Shown one piece after another: positions 29,571 through 38,629 of a DNA stretch of 64,000 bases; position 1 is the first letter of the stretch, and each line of letters begins with the position of its first letter. The notes under the pieces were generated by a model, which was given only the letters and a program-made list of their open reading frames with translations, searched no databases and had not been told where the DNA came from. This DNA comes from Salinivirgaceae bacterium (GTDB taxonomy: Bacteria; Bacteroidota; Bacteroidia; Bacteroidales; SZUA-534). The stretch lies in NCBI GenBank assembly GCA_024405635.1, contig JAKSOL010000001.1, positions 32,001 to 96,000 on the forward strand, written 5' to 3'. Position numbers and translations under genes: made by a program.

Positions 29571-30518
29571 ATGAAAGTACTAAAACATCTAATCATTATC
29601 GGAATGTGCGTTACACCTGCACTTGTTTACGCACAAATCGACAGCACTGCTTTCGATAAGCAGCAGATAATAACTATTGAACAGAAATTAAACGTTCAAC
29701 AAGAAAGGTTGTCAGAATTGGACAAAATGATTAATGAGAAAGCTTCTATAAGCCAAATTAATTCTGTTCAAGCGAACTTGACAAACCTCAAATCGGCTAT
29801 AGAAGAGCAAAAAGTTTCTGTTGAGAACCTTATGTCTATGATTGAGCAGAATAAGCAAAATATTAAGAAAACTGCTGATCAACTTGGCGTTGAAATTGAC
29901 AAAACAAAAGTTTCTCTCAACGCAAAAGCCAACAACGACGATTTGCAAAACAAATCAATCATAGGCTTTATATTACTGACTTTGCTTGCTGTTATCCTTG
30001 CAGTTATCGCGTTCGTATTTGGCAAACGCATAAGCAAGAGTCATACAGATGTTGACGAGCTAAAACAGAAAGCAGAAAAAATCAATGAAGACATCCTCAA
30101 CAAGTTCTCTGTTGAAATGAACGAAATGCAGAAGATTTCTGCATCGCTTAGTGCACTATCCGACGTGCAGAAGTCTAACGGCAATGCAGAACAAGACCAC
30201 TCGCTCATCAAGACACTTGCCGACCGCATTACATTTATGGAAATGACACTCTATAAAATGGACAAAGACGTAAGGGGCTACAAGCAATTGTCTAAATCTA
30301 TAGCACAGATGAAAGATAATTTGCTGGCTAATGGCTACGAGCTTGTAGATATGTTAGGTAAAGAGTATAATGAAGGAATGAGGGCAACTGCTAATTTTAT
30401 TGATGACGATTCAATAGAACTAGGCAAACAAATCATCACAGCAATCATCAAGCCTCAGATCAACTACAAAGGTGTAATGATACAAGCAGCACAAATAACA
30501 GTAAGTCAAAACAACTAA
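29571..30518 (+). CDS. Membrane-spanning GrpE-like protein
   Basis: Signal peptide, coiled coil, TM (IIGFILLTLLAVILAVIAFVFG), second coil, then a GrpE-like head GYELVDMLGKEY...ITAIIKPQINYKGVMIQAAQITVSQ. Directly upstream of the Hsp70. Confidence 0.7.
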   Translation: MKVLKHLIIIGMCVTPALVYAQIDSTAFDKQQIITIEQKLNVQQERLSELDKMINEKASISQINSVQANLTNLKSAIEEQKVSVENLMSMIEQNKQNIKKTADQLGVEIDKTKVSLNAKANNDDLQNKSIIGFILLTLLAVILAVIAFVFGKRISKSHTDVDELKQKAEKINEDILNKFSVEMNEMQKISASLSALSDVQKSNGNAEQDHSLIKTLADRITFMEMTLYKMDKDVRGYKQLSKSIAQMKDNLLANGYELVDMLGKEYNEGMRATANFIDDDSIELGKQIITAIIKPQINYKGVMIQAAQITVSQNN

Positions 30519-30523
30519 ATACA

Positions 30524-33025
30524 ATGGCACAAGTAAAAATGAAATACGGAATTGACTTGGGAACAACCAATTCCGCAATATGCAAAATGGAGAATGGCGA
30601 ACCATCCATTAAGAAAACTGATACACTTAAAGATACTCTGCCTTCATGTGTGTCGTTCACAAAAAAGCAAGTTATTAAAGTAGGTGATAGCGCATACAAC
30701 GATTTACGCCAAGATAAATCAAGAGCAACTAAAACCCTGGCAAAAGGTAAAGAAAATGTCTTTATTGAATTCAAACGCACAATGGGCCTTGACACTCCAC
30801 ACGAGAGTTCAAACATGGGGCGGTCGTATTCGTCAGAAGAACTGTCGTCAGAAGTTCTGAAGGCATTAAAGTCGTTTGTTTCTGAAGACGCAATAAATGC
30901 TGCCGTAATCACTATACCGGCAAAATTCAAGGCCGACCAAATTGCTGCAACAAAAAGAGCAGCGACAATGGCCGGCATTGACCATTGCGAACTCCTGCAA
31001 GAACCTATTGCTGCATCTATGGCTTATGGACTTAGTTCGGCACAAAAGAATGGCACGTGGTTGGTTTTTGACTTTGGTGGTGGCACGTTCGATGCTGCAC
31101 TTTTGAGAGTAGAAGATGGTATTATGCAAGTGAAAGATACTGAGGGGGACAATTATCTCGGTGGCAAGAACTTGGATTATGCAATAGTGGATGGTGTTAT
31201 CATACCATACTTGAAAGAAAACTATAAAATTGACGGCATATTGTCAGATGACACCAAAAGAGAAATTCTTCGCGATGCCATGAAGTTCTATGCCGAACAG
31301 GCAAAGAATCAATTGTCTTTCAAAGAAAAATGTGACATCACTTCGCAACTGGATGAATTTGGAGAAGATGATGAAGGCAATGAGATAGAACTTGATATGG
31401 TTGTAACTCAGAGCCAAATAGCATCCGTAGTTGCTCCTGTATTCCAAAAGGCAATAGATATATGTAAGGACTTGTTGCAGCGAAACAACTTGTCTGGCAA
31501 CAATCTTGACTCGCTGATACTTGTTGGTGGACCGACATATTCACCAGTGCTACGTCAGATGCTAAAAGAGCAAATAACGTCCGGTGTTGATACAAGTATC
31601 GATCCAATGACAGCTGTTGCAAAAGGTGCTGCGCTTTATGCTTCAAGTATTGACAGCGAAGCCAAAGAAGAGATAAAAGCTGGGACTATCGCGTTGGATC
31701 TTTCGTATGAATCGAGCTCTGTCGAACAAGTTGAGTTTGTATCGGTAAAACTACTGCGAAATGAATGTACGGGTAATGTGCCGTCACAACTATTCGTAGA
31801 ACTCACACGCAATGACAAAGGCTGGTCGAGCGGAAAAGTTTCCATTAATGAGATAGGAGATGTCATTGAATGTCAGCTCATGGAAGGTAAGGCAAATTCG
31901 TTTGCTATTGTAGCATACGACGAAAAAGGCACGGTACTCCCATGCTTCCCGAACGAAGTAAATATCATGCAAGGCCTTGTCGTAGGCAATGCTGTATTAC
32001 CATACGGAATCGGCATAGAAGTTCATGATAGCGCGAGGAATAAAGATGTCTTTATTCCTATGAAGGGACTGGAAAAAAATCAGCCAATACCAGCGGTTGG
32101 AATCCGAAACGGCCTGAAAACTTCACGTCAGATTCGCCCTGGCATGACTGCAGACAGATTAGTTATTCCTATTTATCAAGGCGAATATAACGCTGAAGGT
32201 ACAAGTGCCATATACAACGACCATGTGTTTGACGTTGAGATAACTGGCGATGATGTCCCTGCGCTTGTTCCTGCCAATAGCGATATCGACATCACTATCA
32301 AAGTGGACAAATCACAGGGAATGCTTCTTGAAACCACATTCCCAGTTATCGGAGAGACCGTTGAAAAAATCATTGAGGTTAAACAAAGAAGTGGTGTAGA
32401 TGCCAATGACCTGTCTTCAAGAATACGAGAAGCAAAGAGCAAATTAAGGGGTCTTAAGTCAAGCGGGATATCGGCAAGCGAAACATCAGAAGCAGAAGCT
32501 GCACTAAACGATGTCGAAAATCGTTTTGATGGAGAAAAAAATTCCGAAGACGGAAAGATGCATTTGCTTGCAGACTTACGTCGTGCATTCTTAAAAATAG
32601 AAGAAGTTGAGAATGCACATGAATGGGAATCCATAGAGAATCAGCTACGTGAAGAATTTGACAAACTTGAAAAGGCTAATAACGACCTTGGAAACAAATA
32701 TGATTCACAGGTAGAAGACCTTCGCAAGCAGACAGATATAGCTATACGTCAAAAGAATGCTGATATGGGACGTCAAGTATTGAGTGATATTCGATCTGTA
32801 TTTGTAGGGGTTACACTTATCTATCAGCTTGTCGGCTTTGTCCGCCACTATAGTTCGGACTTTAATCAGTACAAATGGAAAGACGCAAGCCGAGCTCGTC
32901 GGCTACTCAACCAAGGAATGCAAATTATAGGAAATAATCCTAACGAAGGTGAGTTGCATCCTCTTGTATGTCAAGTGATAGAGTTGCTTGATGAACCAGA
33001 AAGTGAGAAGTTGAAGATAGGATAA
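30524..33025 (+). CDS. Non-canonical Hsp70-family protein (833 aa), not the housekeeping DnaK
   Basis: GIDLGTTNS, LQEPIAA, VFDFGGGTFD and LVGGPT..P. An extra ~110-aa segment lies between the NBD and the SBD-like region (LPYGIGIE..KNQPIP). Confidence 0.9.
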   Translation: MAQVKMKYGIDLGTTNSAICKMENGEPSIKKTDTLKDTLPSCVSFTKKQVIKVGDSAYNDLRQDKSRATKTLAKGKENVFIEFKRTMGLDTPHESSNMGRSYSSEELSSEVLKALKSFVSEDAINAAVITIPAKFKADQIAATKRAATMAGIDHCELLQEPIAASMAYGLSSAQKNGTWLVFDFGGGTFDAALLRVEDGIMQVKDTEGDNYLGGKNLDYAIVDGVIIPYLKENYKIDGILSDDTKREILRDAMKFYAEQAKNQLSFKEKCDITSQLDEFGEDDEGNEIELDMVVTQSQIASVVAPVFQKAIDICKDLLQRNNLSGNNLDSLILVGGPTYSPVLRQMLKEQITSGVDTSIDPMTAVAKGAALYASSIDSEAKEEIKAGTIALDLSYESSSVEQVEFVSVKLLRNECTGNVPSQLFVELTRNDKGWSSGKVSINEIGDVIECQLMEGKANSFAIVAYDEKGTVLPCFPNEVNIMQGLVVGNAVLPYGIGIEVHDSARNKDVFIPMKGLEKNQPIPAVGIRNGLKTSRQIRPGMTADRLVIPIYQGEYNAEGTSAIYNDHVFDVEITGDDVPALVPANSDIDITIKVDKSQGMLLETTFPVIGETVEKIIEVKQRSGVDANDLSSRIREAKSKLRGLKSSGISASETSEAEAALNDVENRFDGEKNSEDGKMHLLADLRRAFLKIEEVENAHEWESIENQLREEFDKLEKANNDLGNKYDSQVEDLRKQTDIAIRQKNADMGRQVLSDIRSVFVGVTLIYQLVGFVRHYSSDFNQYKWKDASRARRLLNQGMQIIGNNPNEGELHPLVCQVIELLDEPESEKLKIG

Positions 33026-33027
33026 TT

Positions 33028-33648
33028 ATGGCATTTTCAATACAACATCCAATACGAAGAATGATTAATCAAGAGGCCGATTATATTCGGTCTCTGATTT
33101 GTCGTTTCCCAGAACAACAAAAAGACTGGATAGATAAAATAGATTCTGAATTCAAGAAATTAGCTCAAACGGAATTTCCTAATGAAAGCGATTCTGCTTA
33201 TCAAATGTATAGATCTTATTCATCAGCTGCCTTGGACTCTTGCGAACTTGAAAAAGACATGTTCTATAAGTCAATGTTCTTGATGACATATATCTATTAT
33301 GAAAGCGCATTGAAAAAAATATTCGCAAAATCGAATGTCAACAAGTCTCTAGAGTATTATATCTCAACAAATCATCTTGAGCTTAAACAAGCTACATATT
33401 CAGATTATGAATTCGTAAAAAAGTATGCCAAGGCTCTCCGTGATCACTTATGTCATAATGGCTACGGTGAAGAATACAAAGTAGAAAAAATCACAAGCAA
33501 GCTAGCTGACTACCCTGAAGTGTCAATCAACGAAGATGGAGTTGTGACTATAACTGATTCAAAATTTATTCTTGATGTTTTGGGAAAAGAACAAAACATT
33601 TTGAATGAAATCGCAGAACGGTTAGGTTTTAAAAATAAAATAATATGA
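33028..33648 (+). CDS. Hypothetical protein, candidate HEPN-domain RNase
   Basis: All-helical; N-terminal YIYYESALK helix and an RxxxxH motif LRDHLCHNG (codons 33439-33456). Confidence 0.55.
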   Translation: MAFSIQHPIRRMINQEADYIRSLICRFPEQQKDWIDKIDSEFKKLAQTEFPNESDSAYQMYRSYSSAALDSCELEKDMFYKSMFLMTYIYYESALKKIFAKSNVNKSLEYYISTNHLELKQATYSDYEFVKKYAKALRDHLCHNGYGEEYKVEKITSKLADYPEVSINEDGVVTITDSKFILDVLGKEQNILNEIAERLGFKNKII

Positions 33649-34746
33649 ACAATAGGATCAAAATAACAAAATGGGCTTCTATAGCTGGATTGACATTCGC
33701 AATAGCTATGCCAATACTCGCAAGAATTGTCGATGGAGAAATATTATCTGACAGTCTGAAATACGCGAAGGGATTTGTAGTGGGATTTTTGGTCTTATTT
33801 TGGAGTGGAATTCTCATCTACGTGATGATAAAATCCAGACACAAAAAAATAGCATCCTTGAATATTGATGCAGACAAGGAGTTTGTTGCTAGTAACGATA
33901 TTCTATTTTCAATTAAGAACAACTACGACAATGTTAAAGGCTTGTTCTCGTCAAATACTACCAATACAAGCAAGAATACATATCAATTAATAGTTGTAGC
34001 CACAATAATAGTTGCTTGTGTGTTTGATTATTTTTCGTTCGTAATAGGGCCTAAAGTCTTGAAATCCTACATATACGACTGCCAAGTTGAACGCCAGAAG
34101 GAACAAATCAATTTGATGAAGGAACTCGCATTTGAAGACATTACCCAAGCAGACTCAATTGCAAGAAAACTTTTCAAGAAGACATATGAAAAAGGTGTGA
34201 TTGTAAACTTATACAAAGACAAAGTCGGAGATTGGTATCATGAAAACTGGGATTTATGTAACAATGTCGCATTTCAGATATTGCGTAATGCAGCTGAAAA
34301 AGGGGAGCACCAGTCACAATTCACTCTTGGGTGTGTTTATGCGGGTGCGAAGTTAGACGACCTGGTTGCGGACCAAGATTGGGACGGCAGTATCACGATT
34401 ATGAAGGAACCTATCGACCGAGCAAGAGCAGCATATTGGTATAAACAAGTAGCGGAAGGTGGTAATGTCAAAGCTATGTGGAATCTTGCAGATGCATAAG
34501 TTAGAGGTATGGGAGTTCCTATGAATAAAGAGAAAGGGGTGGACTGGATAAAAAAAAGCGGCCAATATTGGCGAGAAAAAAAGTCAGAATTTTTTAGGTA
34601 ATCTATAAGAAATTGGTGTTAGGTCATCATATTATGATGACTGGCTTTTGCCACGTGATATTGAGCGCGCAAAATATTGGTGGAGAAAAGCAACAGAACA
34701 AGGTGATGAAGCTGCAAAAAAAAAAATGGAAAATATTTACGAATAA
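33645..34746 (+). pseudogene. Membrane-anchored Sel1-repeat protein with its 3' part disrupted
   Basis: Three TM helices then Sel1 repeats. The Sel1 pattern continues past TAA 34497-34499, a frameshift in the A8 tract 34550-34557 and TAA 34606-34608, through DIERAKYWWRKATEQGDEAA, to a stop at 34746. Confidence 0.8.
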
Positions 34747-34752
34747 ACTCCT

Positions 34753-36510
34753 ATGCTACCGAAAAAAGAACACATAGCAAACTACACAATAACCTTCCCT
34801 TGTAAGGAGGGTGCTTACGCTGAAACATACAGGGTAAAGGGTGCTGATGGTAAAAACTATTTCTTGAAACTTATCAATTGCTCAAAACTAAACCGAAGAC
34901 AATTTGATAACTGCGGGAATATAGTTGAAGTTGACATTGCAAAACAACTGCATCATGACAATATCACTTCATATCATGATAGCGGAGAGATAATATTGAA
35001 TAACAAGCGATATGCATACATTGTTTTCGACTTCATCAGTGGTGAGACTGTTGCGGAGAAGGTGACTCGCGAACAAAGATGTTCTGTATATGATGCTAAG
35101 CAAATTGTTCTTGGTGTTCTTAACGGATTAAAATATCTTCATTCGTTACAAAGACCTGTTATCCATAATGAACTGACCATACAAAATGTCATGCTTGACA
35201 TGACGAGCGGAATACCAGTAGCGAAGATGATTGACTTTGGTTATGCCAGATATATGGATATGGGTATCAGTGCATTTGACAAAGATGGGTTGAATCTATT
35301 CTACGTTGCCCCAGAAGCACTGAATGGCGATTATTCTGTTAGGTCGGATTTGTTTTCTGTAGGAGTTATGCTTTATCATCTCCTGTATGGAATGTTGCCA
35401 TATCACGTAGACTTATCTGATTGTTCCAACATGTCTGAAAAACTTGATGCAATATTAGAAGCAAGACAAAGACCATTGCGAATACCGGACATCGATATAT
35501 TTGAGCTTGACGAGCAACTGCTGAATATTATATCAAAAGCGTTATCAATAAATGTCGATGACAGATTCCAATCGGCAGACGAGTTCATAAAGGCTCTCAA
35601 TGGAGAAATTACGGTAGAGGTTAGCAAACGAGAAAGTCCAACACAAAGAATCACTAAAGAGCAACAACAAATCAATATAAAAAAAGGCAATGGGTTTGCT
35701 GATGTGGCAGGTATGACAGAGTTGAAGAACCAATTACAATCTGACGTTATTGATTTGCTCCAGGACCCAGAGCAGGCGAAGTCACTAGGGATATCCATTC
35801 CCAATGGTCTGCTATTTTACGGACCTCCAGGATGTGGGAAAACATTCTTTGCAGAAAAATTTGCAGAAGAGATTGGTTGCAATTATCAATATGTAAAATG
35901 CTCAGATATTGCATCTCCTTTCATTCATGGAGGGCAGGATAAGATTGCCGCAGTCTTCGACAACGCAAGAAAAAATGCGCCAACGATTCTATTCTTTGAT
36001 GAGATTGATGCCATGATAAAGGATAGGCGTAAGCAAAACAACGTCAGTGAAGCTGGCGAAGTAAATGAATTCTTGACACAGCTTAATAATTGTGGACATG
36101 ATGGCGTTCTTGTTATTGGTGCTACAAACAGGCCTGGCGAAATTGATGAAGCTGCACTACGTGCCGGTAGATTAGAATTGAAGTACTACATTCCATTACC
36201 CGACAAATCTACTCGAGAAAAGATGTTTGAAATTGAACTAAGTCATCGAAAGGTGGATTTTGGCATTGACTACGAGAAATTGGCAGAAATGACAGATGGA
36301 TACATTTCTGCTGATATCAGATTGATTGTTGACACTTCGGCAAGAATGGCATTTAGACAAAAAACTAAAATCACAGAACTTATGTTGATGGAGGCGATAA
36401 AAAACACTAAGCCTAGCTTGACGAAAGAATCTGTGGAGGAACACGAAAACATCAGAAGATATTTTGAAGGTGATGTTCCACAACAAACAAGGAAGAAAGT
36501 AGGATTTTAA
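34753..36510 (+). CDS. Ser/Thr-kinase-like domain fused to a CDC48/FtsH-type AAA+ ATPase
   Basis: Kinase: YFLK, IHNELTIQN, DFG, APE and SDLFSVG. AAA: GPPGCGKT, FFDEID and GATNRP..IDEAALRAGR; C-terminal KVGF. Confidence 0.9.
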   Translation: MLPKKEHIANYTITFPCKEGAYAETYRVKGADGKNYFLKLINCSKLNRRQFDNCGNIVEVDIAKQLHHDNITSYHDSGEIILNNKRYAYIVFDFISGETVAEKVTREQRCSVYDAKQIVLGVLNGLKYLHSLQRPVIHNELTIQNVMLDMTSGIPVAKMIDFGYARYMDMGISAFDKDGLNLFYVAPEALNGDYSVRSDLFSVGVMLYHLLYGMLPYHVDLSDCSNMSEKLDAILEARQRPLRIPDIDIFELDEQLLNIISKALSINVDDRFQSADEFIKALNGEITVEVSKRESPTQRITKEQQQINIKKGNGFADVAGMTELKNQLQSDVIDLLQDPEQAKSLGISIPNGLLFYGPPGCGKTFFAEKFAEEIGCNYQYVKCSDIASPFIHGGQDKIAAVFDNARKNAPTILFFDEIDAMIKDRRKQNNVSEAGEVNEFLTQLNNCGHDGVLVIGATNRPGEIDEAALRAGRLELKYYIPLPDKSTREKMFEIELSHRKVDFGIDYEKLAEMTDGYISADIRLIVDTSARMAFRQKTKITELMLMEAIKNTKPSLTKESVEEHENIRRYFEGDVPQQTRKKVGF

Positions 36511-36521
36511 TACTAAAAAAC

Positions 36522-37013
36522 ATGGAAATAAATGAATTATATCTTAGGACTGCTTTTGCTTGCATGTCTAGTGACGGCGACATAGCAAAAGAAGAAGTTG
36601 CGCTCATAGAAAAAATGAATAATGAGGACCATCTTTTTGGCGATATCAATCTAACTCAAAGGTTAGAGGTGTTGCTTACAGAGATAAACGAACAAGGGTT
36701 GGGTTTCATGAAAAAATTCATAGACGAATTGTCAAAACAAAACCTATCCATCGAGGAAGAATTACAACTTCTAACAATAGCAGCAAAGACAATATATGCT
36801 GATAACAAAGTAGAATATAGCGAGGTGAAGTTTTTTAAGTTGATAAGATCTTGTCTTAAGAAAGTTGATAATCAAACTATCCTTAATTCAATCGAAGAAA
36901 TTGATGAAAATTGGGTAGAAGAAGATATTGTTTGCGATAATGATTTATTGTATGTTTCATATAGCAAAAATGTTGAGATGAAGCTTTTTGATTTGAGTGT
37001 AATAAATAATTAG
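36522..37013 (+). CDS. TerB-family (tellurite-resistance-like) protein
   Basis: Paired acidic motifs ACMSSDGDIAKEE and IYADNKVEYSE. Confidence 0.8.
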   Translation: MEINELYLRTAFACMSSDGDIAKEEVALIEKMNNEDHLFGDINLTQRLEVLLTEINEQGLGFMKKFIDELSKQNLSIEEELQLLTIAAKTIYADNKVEYSEVKFFKLIRSCLKKVDNQTILNSIEEIDENWVEEDIVCDNDLLYVSYSKNVEMKLFDLSVINN

Positions 37014-37034
37014 AGCGCTACTTGACATCTCTCA

Positions 37035-37061
37035 ACTCATTATTAAATGAGTGATTTTTTT
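37035..37061 (+). terminator. Weak terminator ending the island operon
   Basis: ACTCATT-ATTA-AATGAGT then GATTTTTTT. Confidence 0.4.
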
Positions 37062-37067
37062 ATTAAT

Positions 37068-37763
37068 TTACTTCACTTTAAGCGATTTAAGTAGTTCCTT
37101 TTGTTCGGGTGTAATTCGGTAGCTTTCAATTGCTTTTTGTATCGATTTGTTGTGAACCCAAACAGGCAGTTTTTGGCTTGTAATGATTGGCAAGGTTGAA
37201 TCCCATTGTTTGGCTAAAGCTGTTGCAAAGTACCAAGCTTGAGCCATTTGTACGTAGAATTCGGTGTTGGAAACAGCAACAACGCGTTGTAAGTATTCGG
37301 GCTTAAACACTGGCGCATCAAGATAAAAATCCATAAGCATAACAATGCCAAAGCGAACCGAGTAAGTATGCTCCGAGTGTAGCCAACAATCAATATGTTG
37401 AATAAAATGGTTGGTGTTGCGCTTAATAACTTTTGGCGATAGACTGTCGCAAACTGCCCAATTATCGATGTATGGTACCCAGCGCTCAAGTTCGTTAACC
37501 ACGGTTTGGTAGTCTTTGCAACAACATATTAGATAGTCGTGCAGCATGTTTTCTTCGTGAAATGAGTGGGGCAGTTGTTGCATAAAAGCCAAAGACTCGT
37601 TTGTGCCTGCAAGTTGTTTTGCCAATGTGCGAATGTCGGGATTGCGAACGCCAATGAACAACTCGGTTGGCAGTTTTATAATTTTTGCTTGAAATTGCCG
37701 AAATGCAGCAAGTTTTTGTGTGTCGGAGTCGCAAAGCGCACGTAGTTGGTCAATTATTTCCAT
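37068..37763 (-). CDS. DNA alkylation repair protein (AlkD-like)
   Basis: FIGVRNPDIR, IDNWAVCD, YVQMAQAWYFATAL and HNKSIQKAIESYRI. Confidence 0.88.
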   Translation of the reverse strand: MEIIDQLRALCDSDTQKLAAFRQFQAKIIKLPTELFIGVRNPDIRTLAKQLAGTNESLAFMQQLPHSFHEENMLHDYLICCCKDYQTVVNELERWVPYIDNWAVCDSLSPKVIKRNTNHFIQHIDCWLHSEHTYSVRFGIVMLMDFYLDAPVFKPEYLQRVVAVSNTEFYVQMAQAWYFATALAKQWDSTLPIITSQKLPVWVHNKSIQKAIESYRITPEQKELLKSLKVK

Positions 37764-37764
37764 T

Positions 37765-38067
37765 TTATTCAATTGTTTCAATTAAAAAACTAACAGGGCG
37801 AAAACCATCGTTACACGAAATCATTGCCGAATGTGGATTTTGCATCCAACCGTTGTAAAAATTGCCGCCACCGATGGCCAATTCGGTAACAAATTCAACC
37901 ATCGATTGCCATGCGCTGTCGCACATGTTGGTTGGGCGTTGGGCATTGTGGCTTATAAAAGTTTGACCTAACACCATGTCGCATGTGTGTTCAATTGGGT
38001 TTTCGTATTGGGCCATTAAGTCGCTATAGTTGGCCATTCGCATTACTGTAATTCGTACGTCTTTCAT
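37765..38067 (-). CDS. TIGR04076-like small Cys-containing protein
   Basis: VRITV, CD, MCDSAW and SCNDGFRPVSF. Confidence 0.75.
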   Translation of the reverse strand: MKDVRITVMRMANYSDLMAQYENPIEHTCDMVLGQTFISHNAQRPTNMCDSAWQSMVEFVTELAIGGGNFYNGWMQNPHSAMISCNDGFRPVSFLIETIE

Positions 38068-38426
38068 CTTTTCATTTTGTAAAGTTCGGCCAGTTGAGTC
38101 TGGCTAAGTTTGTGTAACACAAGGTTGTGCGCGTGCTCAATTAGTTCGGTTACAAGTGCGTTGTTTATGTCGGTTCCATTAAGGTCAATTTGAATCCAGT
38201 GGCGTTTGTTTAAGTGCCATGCGGGTTGAATTGAAGTGTGGGAGGCTCGCAGTTCTTCCGATAATTCGGGGGCGCATTTGAGCGATAGTTGTTCGTTGCG
38301 CATCAGCATCATAAGTGCAAATATTTTTCCTCCTACACGAAAGGCTATAGCGTCGTCGCCAAATGGCATGTCTTCGGTGGCGTATGGTTGACTGATGCAA
38401 AGGTCGTGTGCCTCTTCAATATTCAT
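38064..38426 (-). CDS. MmcQ/YjbR family protein
   Basis: EDMPFG, FRVGGKIFA, LKCAPE and PAWHLNKRHW. Confidence 0.9.
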   Translation of the reverse strand: MNIEEAHDLCISQPYATEDMPFGDDAIAFRVGGKIFALMMLMRNEQLSLKCAPELSEELRASHTSIQPAWHLNKRHWIQIDLNGTDINNALVTELIEHAHNLVLHKLSQTQLAELYKMKR

Positions 38427-38629
38427 AGTTGGTGTTTTTTTTGGGTGGCAAATATATCGAATTTGAAAGGCAAATTTTGTTGTGTCCGATGCTGTGTGGT
38501 CAAGTTGCGATGGTGGTTATACCGTAATATTATTTTGATATAAACGGTTGAAAATGTGCAATAAATGTTTGGTTTCGGCAACTGATTATCAGTGTTTTAT
38601 TGGTACCGATGCAATATATTTGGAGTGCT

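Larger units (their letters stand above)
27720..37060 (+). other. Putative horizontally acquired accessory island (no integrase or att repeats seen)
   Basis: Co-directional operon between the nifJ terminator and a convergent gene; AGA and ATA codons look more frequent than in flanking genes (qualitative, by eye). Confidence 0.55.

Noticed and set aside
30524-33025. Calling the Hsp70 dnaK
   Set aside because: Its length, inserted domain, missing linker and accessory context argue against the housekeeping orthologue.
34497-34608. TAA recoding to Tyr
   Set aside because: TAA terminates many ordinary genes in this window, and a frameshift lies between the two stops.
27410-37067. Attachment sites or target-site duplication around the island
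   Set aside because: Only a short AT-rich match (ATTATTAAA near 27433 and 37039) was seen, which is expected by chance. There is no integrase, transposase or adjacent tRNA.
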